Part shown: one piece after another, positions 39,440 through 52,107 of the stretch
Position numbering within the stretch: position 1 is the first letter of the stretch
How the letters are laid out: each line of letters starts with the position of its first letter
Assembly (NCBI RefSeq): GCF_001194135.2
Contig: NC_068987.1
Span: forward strand, 27,301,956 to 27,365,955
DNA length: 64,000 nucleotides
Direction: 5' to 3'
Origin: Octopus bimaculoides
Lineage: Eukaryota
Program-made: the position numbers and the translations under genes
Notes under the pieces: model-generated
Told to the model about the DNA's origin: nothing
Database searches by the model: none
What the model saw: only the letters and a program-made list of their open reading frames with translations

Positions 39440-42400
39440 GTATGCACTATTCGAGATTAAACCTCGTAATACAAAAACTTACGCACCGCTTTGCACATTA
39501 GAGCATATGACCATGCACACATACACACATATATTTCTGTGCATACAACGAAGCACACTTTTCTGTATAAGGTAAGAGAGAATACGTTCGAAACTGATGA
39601 TTATCTCTGTCGCTCCTCCGAGTCTCTCGATGAGAGTGGCATAATTATGTGGATAAAATACTACACATAATTATGTGGTTAAAATACTTCAAAAGAATAT
39701 ATCTACGTATACATGGTTATAAAGACACCTACAATCATATAGAAACCGGCACATACACATAAATACATACATACACACGGATGCACACAGAAAAATTATG
39801 TTGGCCGTACATTATATTCCATGAACTGAACTATTTAATGTAACGAGCCGACAATTTTCACAAGCCATGATGTAAAAAGTGTGCGCATATAAGAATAGTC
39901 AATATCTGTTCTTGAAAAAACAAAACGTATTTTGAATAGTTTAATGTGTATTTAGAGAATTGTCGGGAAAATATAATGACGATTTCCGACTACGATGAGA
40001 TAGATAGTTTGTAGTTATTTATTTGAAACTCAAGCAAACACACCTAAATGGGACTCTAGTTTTCATAAAATTTCAAGGGAGCATTAACATGTTAAGTATT
40101 TCCAATTATATAGTATAGTTCACGTTTTATCTAATTAATCAATAAATTAATTCATGAACTACGTTGCCACCGAATGTACTGTTATGCAAATTAGAGTCAG
40201 CATACCAGCTGAGCCCTCGTTTTTATTTTATAAGAATATTTAAAAACAATGAACTTCTGCAAACACGGTGAATAACGTAAACGCCTACTTCATAATAAAA
40301 TGATTTAGTTAGAATAATCACACTGTTTATTTCAACGAACAAATATAAAAAATTGGCTCTATTAGGTTTACAATACATATTTGGGAGCTATCAATTAATA
40401 TCGTAGGTACTGCTAAGTGGCAAAGAAGTGCATTTTGAAACTATCTTCTTTCGGATTCAACCCTATCATTTGACTTCTACTACAGCTCAGGTGCATCTAA
40501 GCACCTAATATCTCCAGACTGAATTTCATGTATAGAAATGTCGGGGAAGCTTGTGATATATATATATATATANNNNNNNNNNNNNNNNNNNNNNNNNNNN
40601 NNNNNNNNNNNNNNNNNNNNNNNNNNNNNNNNNNNNNNNNNNNNNNNNNNNNNNNNNNNNNNNNNNNNNNNNNNNNNNNNNNNNNNNNNNNNNNNNNNNN
40701 NNNNNNNNNNNNNNNNNNNNNNNNNNNNNNNNNNNNNNNNNNNNNNNNNNNNNNNNNNNNNNNNNNNNNNNNNNNNNNNNNNNNNNNNNNNNNNNNNNNN
40801 NNNNNNNNNNNNNNNNNNNNNNNNNNNNNNNNNNNNNNNNNNNNNNNNNNNNNNNNNNNNNNNNNNNNNNNNNNNNNNNNNNNNNNNNNNATATATAAAT
40901 ATTATAATATTAGGGAATGTAAAATTCCAAACATACAGGAAAAATCTATAAGAATCTAAAATAAAAGTATACAATCCATAAAATCTATAAAATACTAGAC
41001 TAAAAATTTAATACAGTTTAGTAAATTGATAAAATAGAAGGTAAAGTGTTGACTACGCGCGTTTCGTGGCTACATTATTGCAAAAAAAAACTCAGCACAA
41101 TACACAATAAATTGAACAAGATTATATTCTACTCAAAATACAGTCACTCATCAAGTCTTTGGAAAAAATAAGAATTCAAATAACGTAACTTACTAAATAA
41201 ATAACAAAAATATCAGTACTTGTAGGAAAGCTCTCGTTAGTACAAAATGAAATGTAAACGCTTAATACTAATAATTCAAGTTAAAGGTATGATTCATCTA
41301 AAATGATATTTGTGGACTAATAGTAAACATCTTTATGAACAGAAATATATATATAAAAAGTGTTAGTAAATAAATTCGAACGTTAAACAATATTAGTAAA
41401 ATAAACGGCATCACTTATCGACGATAAGAGATCGTCAATAAGATAAGTGATCCTTGGATTTCTCATAAGCCCCACTACCCCTAATTCCGAACTTATACCT
41501 ACCTTGCTTGGCGTATAATTGACTGACATTTCAACACACCCAACTTTAAAAGAAATTGGTTCGTTGAAGGGTAAAACTGATTTGCAGCTGAGTAGGCTGA
41601 AGTAACGTAAGAGTGGCGTATTTTGCTCAAGAGCAACATGCACCACCTGATCAGGGAATCGTAACCGCTGTATTACAAACTGTTCAGCAACGTAACCACT
41701 AGGCGAAGGATCTGCATCTTGGGCATAAATTATTCAAAGAAATTTCAAAACAACACACTATTGATATACCTATTTACTATACACACTAAATGTGAGTAGA
41801 GCAAGTAGGTATAATTGGATCAGCAAAATAATTTTGGAACAACTAAGAAGAACGAGATTTTCACATATGTGTTTGATAAATGTGTATATCTGTGTCCTTT
41901 ACCTCATCTTCGTTAAAACTGCGATGGATGATGCATTAGAAAACTACGTATATAAGCATTAAGGAGATACTTATATAGCTAACACTTATGTAAAAGCAAA
42001 AGTGAAATGTTAAGTAATTATTCAGGTGTTACTAATAGATAATCATTGTGTAATTATTTCCTCCAGTCAAATAAGACTCATTATGAATACAATTTATATA
42101 TACGAATACTGCAACGTTTATCCCAGAGCTAGGATATAATCATCACAGTCATTACATACGTCTACTCTTAAACACATGTTCAAATACGAATACACATATC
42201 TCCACACACACAAATATAGTTATATAAAGTCGAAGAGATAGATTACATATCCATACACACAAGCACACACACACACACACATAAGTGGGTTGGTATGTGA
42301 GGTGTTCTTTCACCTATAAATCTTAAATAAGCTTATGAAACAGCTCACATAACCTTGAATATATTATTAAAAAATCTTTCATTTAGTACATAGGATTGGA

Positions 42401-42614
42401 AAATGATTGCAGTCAGACACCTTATACCCATCCTCAAATATATGTGCGTGTGTATGTAAGTCGTAGTGTGTGTGTGTGTGTGTGTATGTATGTGTGTGTG
42501 TGTGTGTGTGTGTGTGCATGCATGCGTACAATATTTATATATTGCGGAGATGTACTTGCATAGCAAGTGACCTGATCTGAGATCGTGTTCTGGAACGAAA
42601 ACAATTGCGGCGTG

Positions 42615-42745
42615 GAAGGTGTTTATAAGCCATTTAAAATAACACGCAAAAACCGTTAGATTCACTTCAATATTTAAATATAATTTGTCATGAAGTGAAT
42701 CTAACAGTTTTTGTGTGTTATTTTAAATGACTTATAAACACCTTC
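42615..42745. repeat. 55-bp inverted repeat (foldback) at the end of an interspersed repeat
   Basis: 42615-42669 versus 42691-42745: 52 of 55 positions complementary, 21-nt spacer; the right arm runs into an N gap. Confidence 0.9.
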
Positions 42746-43281
42746 NNNNNNNNNNNNNNNNNNNNNNNNNNNNNNNNNNNNNNNNNNNNNNNNNNNNNNN
42801 NNNNNNNNNNNNNNNNNNNNNNNNNNNNNNNNNNNNNNNNNNNNNNNNNNNNNNNNNNNNNNNNNNNNNNNNNNNNNNNNNNNNNNNNNNNNNNNNNNNN
42901 NNNNNNNNNNNNNNNNNNNNNNNNNNNNATATAATATTCTACTTGTTTCAGTCGTTAGACTGCGGGCGTAATTGTCAAACTTTGGGGACACGATATCAAA
43001 TCTAATAATTTTTAAAATGAAATTATTGAAAGTGCCGCTTTATTATAGAGAAATAAATTTTATTCAGTCTCATTGTGAAATAGAAAATAAGAAATTATAT
43101 ATGCCTTGCACGTGCTCGTAGTGTAGTTAAAGCATAAAGAGTATACAACACAGAGGCGTTTATATTTATGTACGTGCATGCACACACACACATATACACG
43201 CGCACAAACACACATTCACGCACATTAACCCCAAGACAGATGATGCGTATATTACTATTTAAAGAATATATTTTGTTTCAG

Positions 43282-43421
43282 TTCCATTTTAGCCTATTTT
43301 ACCAATCGGTTTTGTACACAAGTAATTTTGAAAAACCCAATTCTGGCGTTCATCCGAGGGCCTGGTATAAAAACGTATGGTCGCATATCTCTCTTTCTGG
43401 AGGCGCAGGACGTACGAGAAG
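43282..43421 (+). CDS. Candidate 140-nt internal exon, unknown product
   Basis: Acceptor atattttgtttcag, donor AAG|gtaaat; two frames open; GC higher than the flanks. Confidence 0.3.
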
Positions 43422-44134
43422 GTAAATAATAGACCGTTGGGTGCTCAGAATGAAATTTCATCTCCACTTATATGCTTTGAGCAAGTTTCTCAGTGTCATT
43501 ACGACGTAAGGGGAGATTGCATTCAGAGTAGGGTTCGGGTTTGAGTTCGGGCGGTATGATGCTGGTTTGTGTGCAAGTAAGTGGGCAAAAAATGGGAATA
43601 GGATTGATGTCCAAACTTAAAATCACCCGTGCATATGTACATGTATGTTTATATGCAATAATTTGTTTTTGGCAAACTTTGTACTGAAATCTCAGAATAT
43701 GGTACTGGAAAGTATTGATAATGGAGGTTTTAACATTTATAATCATGGTGCAGTTCACTATTTTCATTCATGTTGGCAGAAGCAGAAAATTTTCCGATTC
43801 GGAGACGGAGACTCTGCAGAAACCCCTCGGATTGATTATACCAGTAACTAAAAAGCCTTCACTCATGAAAGGGAGCCACACAAATTCTACTTAAGGATTA
43901 GATGAAGCGTACAACTGCCTGTGGAATACTCAGTCACTTCATCGTTCATTCCATCAAATAGATGTTATAGCTAATCGAGCAACTTTCCGTTCAGTCTTCC
44001 CATTTAAGCTACCTGTGGTGAATTTGATTGATACTAGAACCAAAATATGATACGAAATTGAAGTACCAGTTGCTCTTGGATTAATGCCTAATACACACGT
44101 ATATATATAAGTACATAACACACATAATATACAT

Positions 44135-44230
44135 AATATAAGTACATACATAATACACATAATATAATTACATACATAATACACATAATATAATTACATA
44201 CATAATACACATAATATAATTACATACATA
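44135..44230. repeat. 26-bp minisatellite (aatataattacatacataatacacat), about 3.5 copies
   Basis: Direct reading. Confidence 0.9.
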
Positions 44231-44289
44231 ACCAAACTTACACGTACACATAGTATATGTCTGTATGTATGTAAGTATGTTTGTATATA

Positions 44290-44850
44290 AAGATTGCAAT
44301 GATAATATTTGACACCGCTTGTTTGTATTTAAAAGCATTTAATCGTCTGTGCACATAATAAAAATAAAATGAGGTATAAATATGACTGATGTTTTGTAGA
44401 AAGGCCAAGTTTGGAAAAGCTAGAATACCAAAATAACGTTAGAACAAAGGAAAGAAAGAAGTAATTCAATGATAAATGTTTTAAAATATAATGGAATTGG
44501 CGAGCAAATTTTTCTCTAAATGGATGCATCAATGAGTCAGTATTGGAAGAAGCTTCTATGTAAAGAAAGTAAGAATTCACCAAATAAACAAACGCATATC
44601 TCTATAATGATAAATGCTTTCGGAATTGAGAATAAAATTTTGATAAACATTATATCACGAAGAAAACAAATGATCTCAGTAATTATTGTAATATTTAAGA
44701 TGAATGGATATGAAATAAGAGTTGATAATTTCATATAATATATTAAAATATAAATTCTAATCATTGGGGCAATAGTGAAATTATTAGATGCAATGGAACA
44801 GGAGCTTGAGACAGAAATATTAGGCATCAACTATATAATACAATTCCGAT
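44290..44850 (+). mobile_element. Possible decayed LINE RT remnant
   Basis: LKAFNRLC near 44330 resembles the L.KAFD.V.H motif; little other support. Confidence 0.25.
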
Positions 44851-45105
44851 GGAATGCTGCGATTGAGGATTTCGTTTATTGATACTGAGTTGATAAGCAT
44901 CCGTAAAATGCATCGCACTCCTCATGCTACGCTGTTAATATATATTTGCATGGATAAGTATCTACATAATGGAATGAATTATACTCAAGAGAATAGTGTA
45001 AATAATACGACGCAGATTAATTACCTAAATATCCTTAGAAAACCTCATAACAGGCAATACTATACCACTTGATATGTAGTAAAAACTAGCATTTTTAACA
45101 TTCAG

Positions 45106-45189
45106 GTAGAACATTGGCGTCGTTCACTGCCACAAGATTTCGAGGATCAGCAATACACATTCAAAGAAACTGAATTCTCTTTTACATAA
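45106..45189 (+). CDS. Candidate terminal exon (VEHWRRSLPQDFEDQQYTFKETEFSFT*)
   Basis: Acceptor atttttaacattcag, open phase-0 frame with protein-like composition; no homology recognised. Confidence 0.22.
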   Translation, partial: VEHWRRSLPQDFEDQQYTFKETEFSFT

Positions 45190-45419
45190 ATCTTTGGCTA
45201 TAATTCTCAACCTTCGTCTGTGATTCAAATTTGATATACATAGCTGTATCGTTAAAAAGCTTGTTTCGCAAATACAAGTAACCGGTTCGCTCTCACTGCG
45301 TGGTATTATATGGCTACTGCAATCTACTATGGTTCCGAGATGACTAACATCCTGATGAAACTATTTTGTTTCTGAAACTAATTTTTGTGGCAGCCAATCG
45401 TATACATGAGTATGGAAGT

Positions 45420-45430
45420 GAGAGAGAGCG

Positions 45431-45491
<61 letters not shown>

Positions 45492-45522
45492 AAGAGAGAG
45501 AAAGAGAAAGATAGAGAGAGAG
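45420..45522. repeat. (GA)n-rich microsatellite
   Basis: Direct reading. Confidence 0.95.
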
Positions 45523-45919
45523 GTGAAAGATATAATATTGGGGTGAAAAGTTACACATGTGCATTTAAAGCGATACCCCATCACATATTTTCCAGAATAA
45601 ATAAAGAAAATACAAAATATTCAAATAACAAATGTCATCCGGATGTTATCTGCCCAAAACGGGAAAATCAATTCAATGCAATTTCCCAGAAATCTAGGAA
45701 TTTCTTTCGCAGAAAACATAGAATTTCTTTAACCAAATATAGTTGACTATGATTGATGCACGCTAATATTTTCAGTAATATCTACTTCAGATAGGTTTCT
45801 ACAGCCCCTCATGAGCAGTTTATATCATTGGTTGACCATTTATTTCTGTACTGCTTCCATAATACTGAAAGTGAACACACCGAATTTGTATTAACAACTA
45901 AGATTTTTATATATCCATG

Positions 45920-46250
45920 TGACTCTCTTTCCCTCTTTTCTCTCTCTCTCTTTATCTCGTGCCTTCATTCTTCCCCCCTTTTCCTTCTCTCACCTTCGCA
46001 CTTCTATTCTAGCCTTTCTCCTTACTCCTTTTTTCTCTCTCTTTTGTATTCTTAGTCTTTCTCCTTTGTCTTCATATCTTTCCTTCTTTCTCTTTTGCTC
46101 TCTCTCCCTCCCTCTCTCTTGCTGTCTTTCTCCTCTGCCTGCTGCTGTTACGTGACCTGTGGCTAGTTCCCCTTTTCCTTCCTTTCTTACACTGGTCCCG
46201 TAGCTGACTAGTCGCAAATTCTCTGTCTCTCCGTCCCCTATCTCTCAAGA
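45920..46250. repeat. Cryptic polypyrimidine (CT-rich) tract
   Basis: About 330 nt, largely C/T on the plus strand. Confidence 0.85.
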
Positions 46251-47800
46251 CATTTTCTAAGCCTTTTTCTTTAAAATAACTTTTGTGTACAAACTAATAG
46301 AAATAGTGTTCTATTTTCTTGCAAGTCTACCAATTTCCTGGAGGCTCCTAGATTGTACGTTAGAATGCTGAAGTAATTCTTTCGACATGTCTGCTGCTGA
46401 AGATGAGGTGTATGATCATAAAAAGGGAAAGATTATGATGAGATGAACAAAGCATATTTAACTTCAAACATGTTGCATTTTCCTTGTTTTACATGTTCCA
46501 CTCGACGGGGTACAAAACAGAGACCCCGCCCTAAAATAATTTGTCAGTCATATCCACCAGGTAATAATTTCAGCCTGCCATTCATCGATTTCTGTTTATC
46601 AAGAGGCTCCTTTGTCTTTTGACATACAGAGATACACTCGTCACACACAAACACACACATACACACACACATATATATCCATGTGTGTCTACGTATATAT
46701 GTATATATATATATATATATATATNNNNNNNNNNNNNNNNNNNNNNNNNNNNNNNNNNNNNNNNNNNNNNNNNNNNNNNNNNNNNNNNNNNNNNNNNNNN
46801 NNNNNNNNNNNNNNNNNNNNNNNNNNNNNNNNNNNNNNNNNNNNNNNNNNNNNNNNNNNNNNNNNNNNNNNNNNNNNNNNNNNNNNNNNNNNNNNNNNNN
46901 NNNNNNNNNNNNNNNNNNNNNNNNNNNNNNNNNNNNNNNNNNNNNNNNNNNNNNNNNNNNNNNNNNNNNNNNNNNNNNNNNNNNNNNNNNNNNNNNNNNN
47001 NNNNNNNNNNNNNNNNNNNNNNNNNNNNNNNNNNNNNNNNNNNNNNNNNNNNNNNNNNNNNNNNNNNNNNNNNNNNNNNNNNNNNNNNNNNNNNNNNNNN
47101 NNNNNNNNNNNNNNNNNNNNNNNNNNNNNNNNNNNNNNNNNNNNNNNNNNNNNNNNNNNNNNNNNNNNNNNNNNNNNNNNNNNNNNNNNNNNNNNNNNNN
47201 NNNNNNNNNNNNNNNNNNNNNNNNNNNNNNNNNNNNNNNNNNNNNNNNNNNNNNNNNNNNNNNNNNNNNNNNNNNNNNNNNNNNNNNNNNNNNNNNNNNN
47301 NNNNNNNNNNNNNNNNNNNNNNNNNNNNNNNNNNNNNNNNNNNNNNNNNNNNNNNNNNNNNTATATATATATAGTAGATAGAAATACAAGAATGTATGTA
47401 GTTTAATTTTAGTTCAAGTGACCGAGATTTATAATCCATAAAAGTGAACATCGATTCGTGAAATATTCGGTGTTTTATGCTCATGTGAATTAAATAAACG
47501 GATAAAACTGAACTCAAATATAGCACAGAAGGAAAATTTAGTACTTGTTACTCACAGGATATGATGTTTTAGTGGTTATTCACAAAGCTAGACAGTGCTA
47601 AAGTAAAATCAGTTAATAGTTTAGCCATGCAATGTATAAAGCACATTTGAAAGCGAATTATCGATAACGAGTAACTGAGTTATAACATGGCAAACTCTAG
47701 CTTCTGAAATAAATATACACATTGAACTTGAGTACATTTCCCCCACTTGTAAATGCAAACGTTCTTCATACTTGTTCAGTAAATTGCCTTGACTGCTCAC

Positions 47801-47869
47801 GGACGTGGATAGAAACAATAAAAATACAACCACAACGACACTGAAATTGTAAAAGTCTTTATACAGCAT
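47801..47869 (-). CDS. Candidate signal-peptide exon (MLYKDFYNFSVVVVVFLLFLSTS)
   Basis: True ATG with A at -3, hydrophobic core and phase-0 donor TCC|gtgagc; the unspliced ORF continues to 47621. Confidence 0.25.
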
Positions 47870-48115
47870 ATTCCTATGTCATCTAAGAAGAGTTTACTAA
47901 TCGTCTTGCTGAATAGACCAAAGATATATCCTAAAGAATGACATAGTGGACATATTTATTTTATAAGTGGAATATATGAATAGACAAAGGCAAACAAATA
48001 CAGCTTCCGTTCGCTGCAATTGCCTCCCGCTGAAGAAAGCAATGGTGCTCTTTACAACACGAAGAATTTGCTGAAATGTTACAATTTACAAATGTTTTTT
48101 TTAACATACCTGAAA

Positions 48116-48228
<113 letters not shown>

Positions 48229-48867
48229 CACACGTGCCATCCTTGCTACATTCACCCATCTTTTTTTGAAGCATTCNNNNNNNNNNNNNNNNNNNNNNNN
48301 NNNNNNNNNNNNNNNNNNNNNNNNNNNNNNNNNNNNNNNNNNNNNNNNNNNNNNNNNNNNNNNNNNNNNNNNNNNNNNNNNNNNNNNNNNNNNNNNNNNN
48401 NNNNNNNNNNNNNNNNNNNNNNNNNNNNNNNNNNNNNNNNNNNNNNNNNNNNNNNNNNNNNNNNNNNNNNNNNNNNNNNNNNNNNNNNNNNNNNNNNNNN
48501 NNNNNNNNNNNNNNNNNNNNNNNNNNNNNNNNNNNNNNNNNNNNNNNNNNNNNNNNNNNNNNNNNNNNNNNNNNNNNNNNNNNNNNNNNNNNNNNNNNNN
48601 NNNNNNNNNNNNNNNNNNNNNNNNNNNNNNNNNNNNNNNNNNNNNNNNNNNNNNNNNNNNNNNNATACACGATCCCTATTGATCGGCCTTTCCTTTTTTT
48701 TTTTTTTCGATCCCTTTTGATCGAACTCCCCCTTTTTCCCTTCCTACGATCCCTTTTGATCGACACCACCACTTTTTTTTTCCTTCCTTCCCCCTCCCAA
48801 AAAGAAAAGCTCTACATGTTCCACTCGACGGGGTACAAAACAGCCCTGTGTGGCTAATAAAAGAAAT
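48229..48867. mobile_element. Repeat element (mostly in an N gap) embedded in an (ATCT)n tract
   Basis: (ATCT)n on both sides (48116-48228 and 48868-48918); SINE-like 3' end agccctgtgtggctaataaagaaa. Confidence 0.4.
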
Positions 48868-48868
48868 G

Positions 48869-48918
<50 letters not shown>

Positions 48919-50467
48919 AACATGTATTTATATATATGTATACACACATTTATGTGTATATAAGTATATGTATATGTGTATATGCATATACATATATGCA
49001 TATACATAGACACATAGACACACACACATACGCATATATGCGTATTATTCATATATTATTCATATAATTATTCATAATTATACTGCTAGTATCATTTCTA
49101 CATCGACGTTATGGATGAATGAGGTTATAAATTTGAAGACAAGTGAAATATTTGGTTTAAATTACCACCAGCACAAGTAGGAAGCCCCAGAAAACACGTT
49201 TTCCATTAAAATTTTAAATGTAAAAATGGTGAGTGAATCCTTTGTATTTAGTATGGAGTACTGGATTTCAAATGAGTCTTAATGTTTGAAAATGATCTGT
49301 CCTCGTTATTACAGTCTTGTGTGATCAACAGCCTATTGTTCTATGGATTTTAATGAAATAAGAGCTTGACCTGGATCTAACCAGCCAGACAATGTGATAA
49401 ATTGGTAAATACGTCATCATACCTTTGATATATTTACACCATTCTACCATTTGAAATTATACCTACTACACACTAGAATTGTTATTTCATCTTATTTGAA
49501 CAACCAATTATCGTAAGGAACATTTCACACTGGGCTACTTTAGAAAAATAAAACCAAAAAAAAAAAAAAAATTGAAGAACCTTTCGCCGTTAATATGAAG
49601 TGCAATCCAATTTATGTGTGTAATTAAAATACGAAACTGTTCGTATTATATATATAATACATTTCAAAATAATGTCGAATGTTTCCTTAGATGCTTCATC
49701 ATGAGCAATAATCGGCTTAATTATTCTTGACAGCAAGAGTAAGAATGCCGAAGAATATAGATCTCGAGAAGACTTGCAATGACTGAAGATACATACAAAC
49801 ACACACATACACAAACACACGCACTCTCTCATGCACACATATAAACCATTACGAATAACATTTATTTAGTATTTCTTTGATACCTCTTACACGTGTTTCA
49901 TAAAAAGTAATTGGTTTGTAAGGAAATAACTTATAAACAGATTACAAATTCAAAACACCAGTGATTGCGTAACACACGTAAATAAGTATTAAATATATAA
50001 TGGAGCTGGGACACATGGTATCAACAAAGGAACATAAGAACTGCGTTATATTACTTAAATAGCGAAATGTAGGGACATTTTCCTTGCCATAGTACATAAG
50101 CGAAAACGTACATTTTGTACCCATTAAGCTTGTGTTAAAGGGCAGACACAACATTTTATGTGATATATCAGAGCTCGTAGTTAAAAAAAAAATACTGCTG
50201 CATCAATATCTTGTTACGTGGTACCCATTTGCATCCTGTTCTTTTCGTTGCCTTCAGGCTTCATCCTGTTTAAAAAGTAACCCATGCAACTTTATTCATG
50301 TTATTATAATTTTTACTAGTTCTAATAGACTTAGAATTAATTTCGTTCGAATGCGGGCGGTTACTAATATATTCGCATGAAGGAAAGTAGTGCTATCGTT
50401 ATTTTCCTTATTTCTGCTTTTGGTAACATGGTGTTTAGTAATATTCTGGTCCAAGGTTTAATCCTTT

Positions 50468-50593
50468 CCGGCGCCATCCAGCCGGTTTCGTAAGCCGCGG
50501 CCGGGCCCCCTCGCAATCGTCGGCCCTCTAACAGTGCGGCCTCAGCCGAGCAACGAGCAACGAGCAAGTAGAAGCGGCGGCGTCATCAGCGGT
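50468..50593. promoter_or_regulatory. GC/CpG-rich island, possible promoter or first exon
   Basis: About 125 nt of dense CG dinucleotides in very AT-rich DNA, with GGCGCCATCC (YY1-like) and CGTCA (CRE half-site). Confidence 0.4.
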
Positions 50594-52065
50594 GAAGATA
50601 TATGAGCATTTATCCTTCTTCTGCCTTCCTCTTTATTAGTCTTATAATTGTTGGACGATGTTGATGATTAGCATTCTTGGAAATGAATTTAGATTCACTC
50701 TTAGGTAAAACGGAAAGTTTTTAGCAGCACTTTTATCTCTATTGGTTAGTGAAATTACACAAAATGTTCCTTATTTCTTATATATTTCATTCACATTCTC
50801 ATTACTAATTATATTTGCAGTGGTCGTCTTCATATTTCTTGGTTAGTCTATGCAGTAGAAATTATTATATTGCTTTTTCTGTAGCTTATGAAATTTAGTT
50901 TCACTATCGGATGTAAGTTTGGCATTTTTCAATCAGCTACATTTTCAATATTAATTTGTTTGATGGCACAATGGATTGTACGCAGAGCATTGGCATTATA
51001 TTTCATGTTTGCATGAAACTTTGTGTGTTTAGCTGGGTATTAGTTCTCAGTTATTTAGCATATTAATCTGAACGCTTTTTTGTTACAATAAACAATATAA
51101 TTGCATATTGGTATGTGTATGCATGTTCACTCTTGTGTGTGCGCGTGTGTGTGTATATATTTATATTTGTGTATTTATGTAACTACACCTAATACAGACG
51201 GACGTAGGTGTGAGTGCATCAATGCATGTATTTAAATACATATTTATATACGTATACATACATAGATGCATACATGCATGCATACATATATATATACATA
51301 CATACACAATTACATAGAGTGATACATAGATAGATAGATAAACGTATATATGATGTATATTTGTATATGTAAATACTGGTGTATATATATATATATATAT
51401 AACTATTGGTATGTGTATATGATAATGCTTGAAGTATACTTCAGTACTTCCATACGTATGTGCTCCTATGTATACGAATATGCTAGTTTCCTTGAAAATG
51501 AAAGGTAACTATCCATTATCTGTCAGACAGAAGTAATACGATCTAGGAAAGATTTATAACATATTCTGATATCATATATGTCCTGTTTCAAACTTGTAAC
51601 AGTTTCATGGGGACAAAATTATTCATTTCGCTCTTTGCTGTGATAAAGAAAATTTGTTGGAATTTAAGCAAACTATATGACCATTCTTAACACTGTTTTC
51701 CGTTTCTGAACCGGAACTTTGATAATTTAATTATGCAAAAGTGCTTTTTAGTTACCTTATATGACATATAATTTTAAATGAAATACATGTAAGAGCTATT
51801 AAATAAGTGTAGAATTTATCTGTACACTTGCTTTTACATTTGTACTGTGTGTTTGAAATGCTAGAATATAACTACAGGGAAAAATAAGAATATTAACATA
51901 TTTGATTCTCATAAATAGACCTTTTGAAAACGATGAAAAGTTGCTTGTATGTCGTGGCCAATACCTCAAATCTCACAAAAACATTATATTTACATAGGAA
52001 ACATGTATACATTTGTGTCTGTAAACATACACATAAACGTGTGTGTATGTGCGTGTACATAAATA

Positions 52066-52107
<42 letters not shown>

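Noticed and set aside
41383-41730. ~115-codon minus-strand open frame (..QRLRFPDQVVHVALEQNTPLLRYF..)
   Set aside because: No recognisable domain and a weak acceptor; cannot be told apart from a chance ORF without RNA data.
50470-50592. Hammerhead or HDV-like ribozyme in the GC island
   Set aside because: CTGATGA and CGAAAC occur on the minus strand but lack a closing stem II next to the core, and the HDV nested pseudoknot could not be built.
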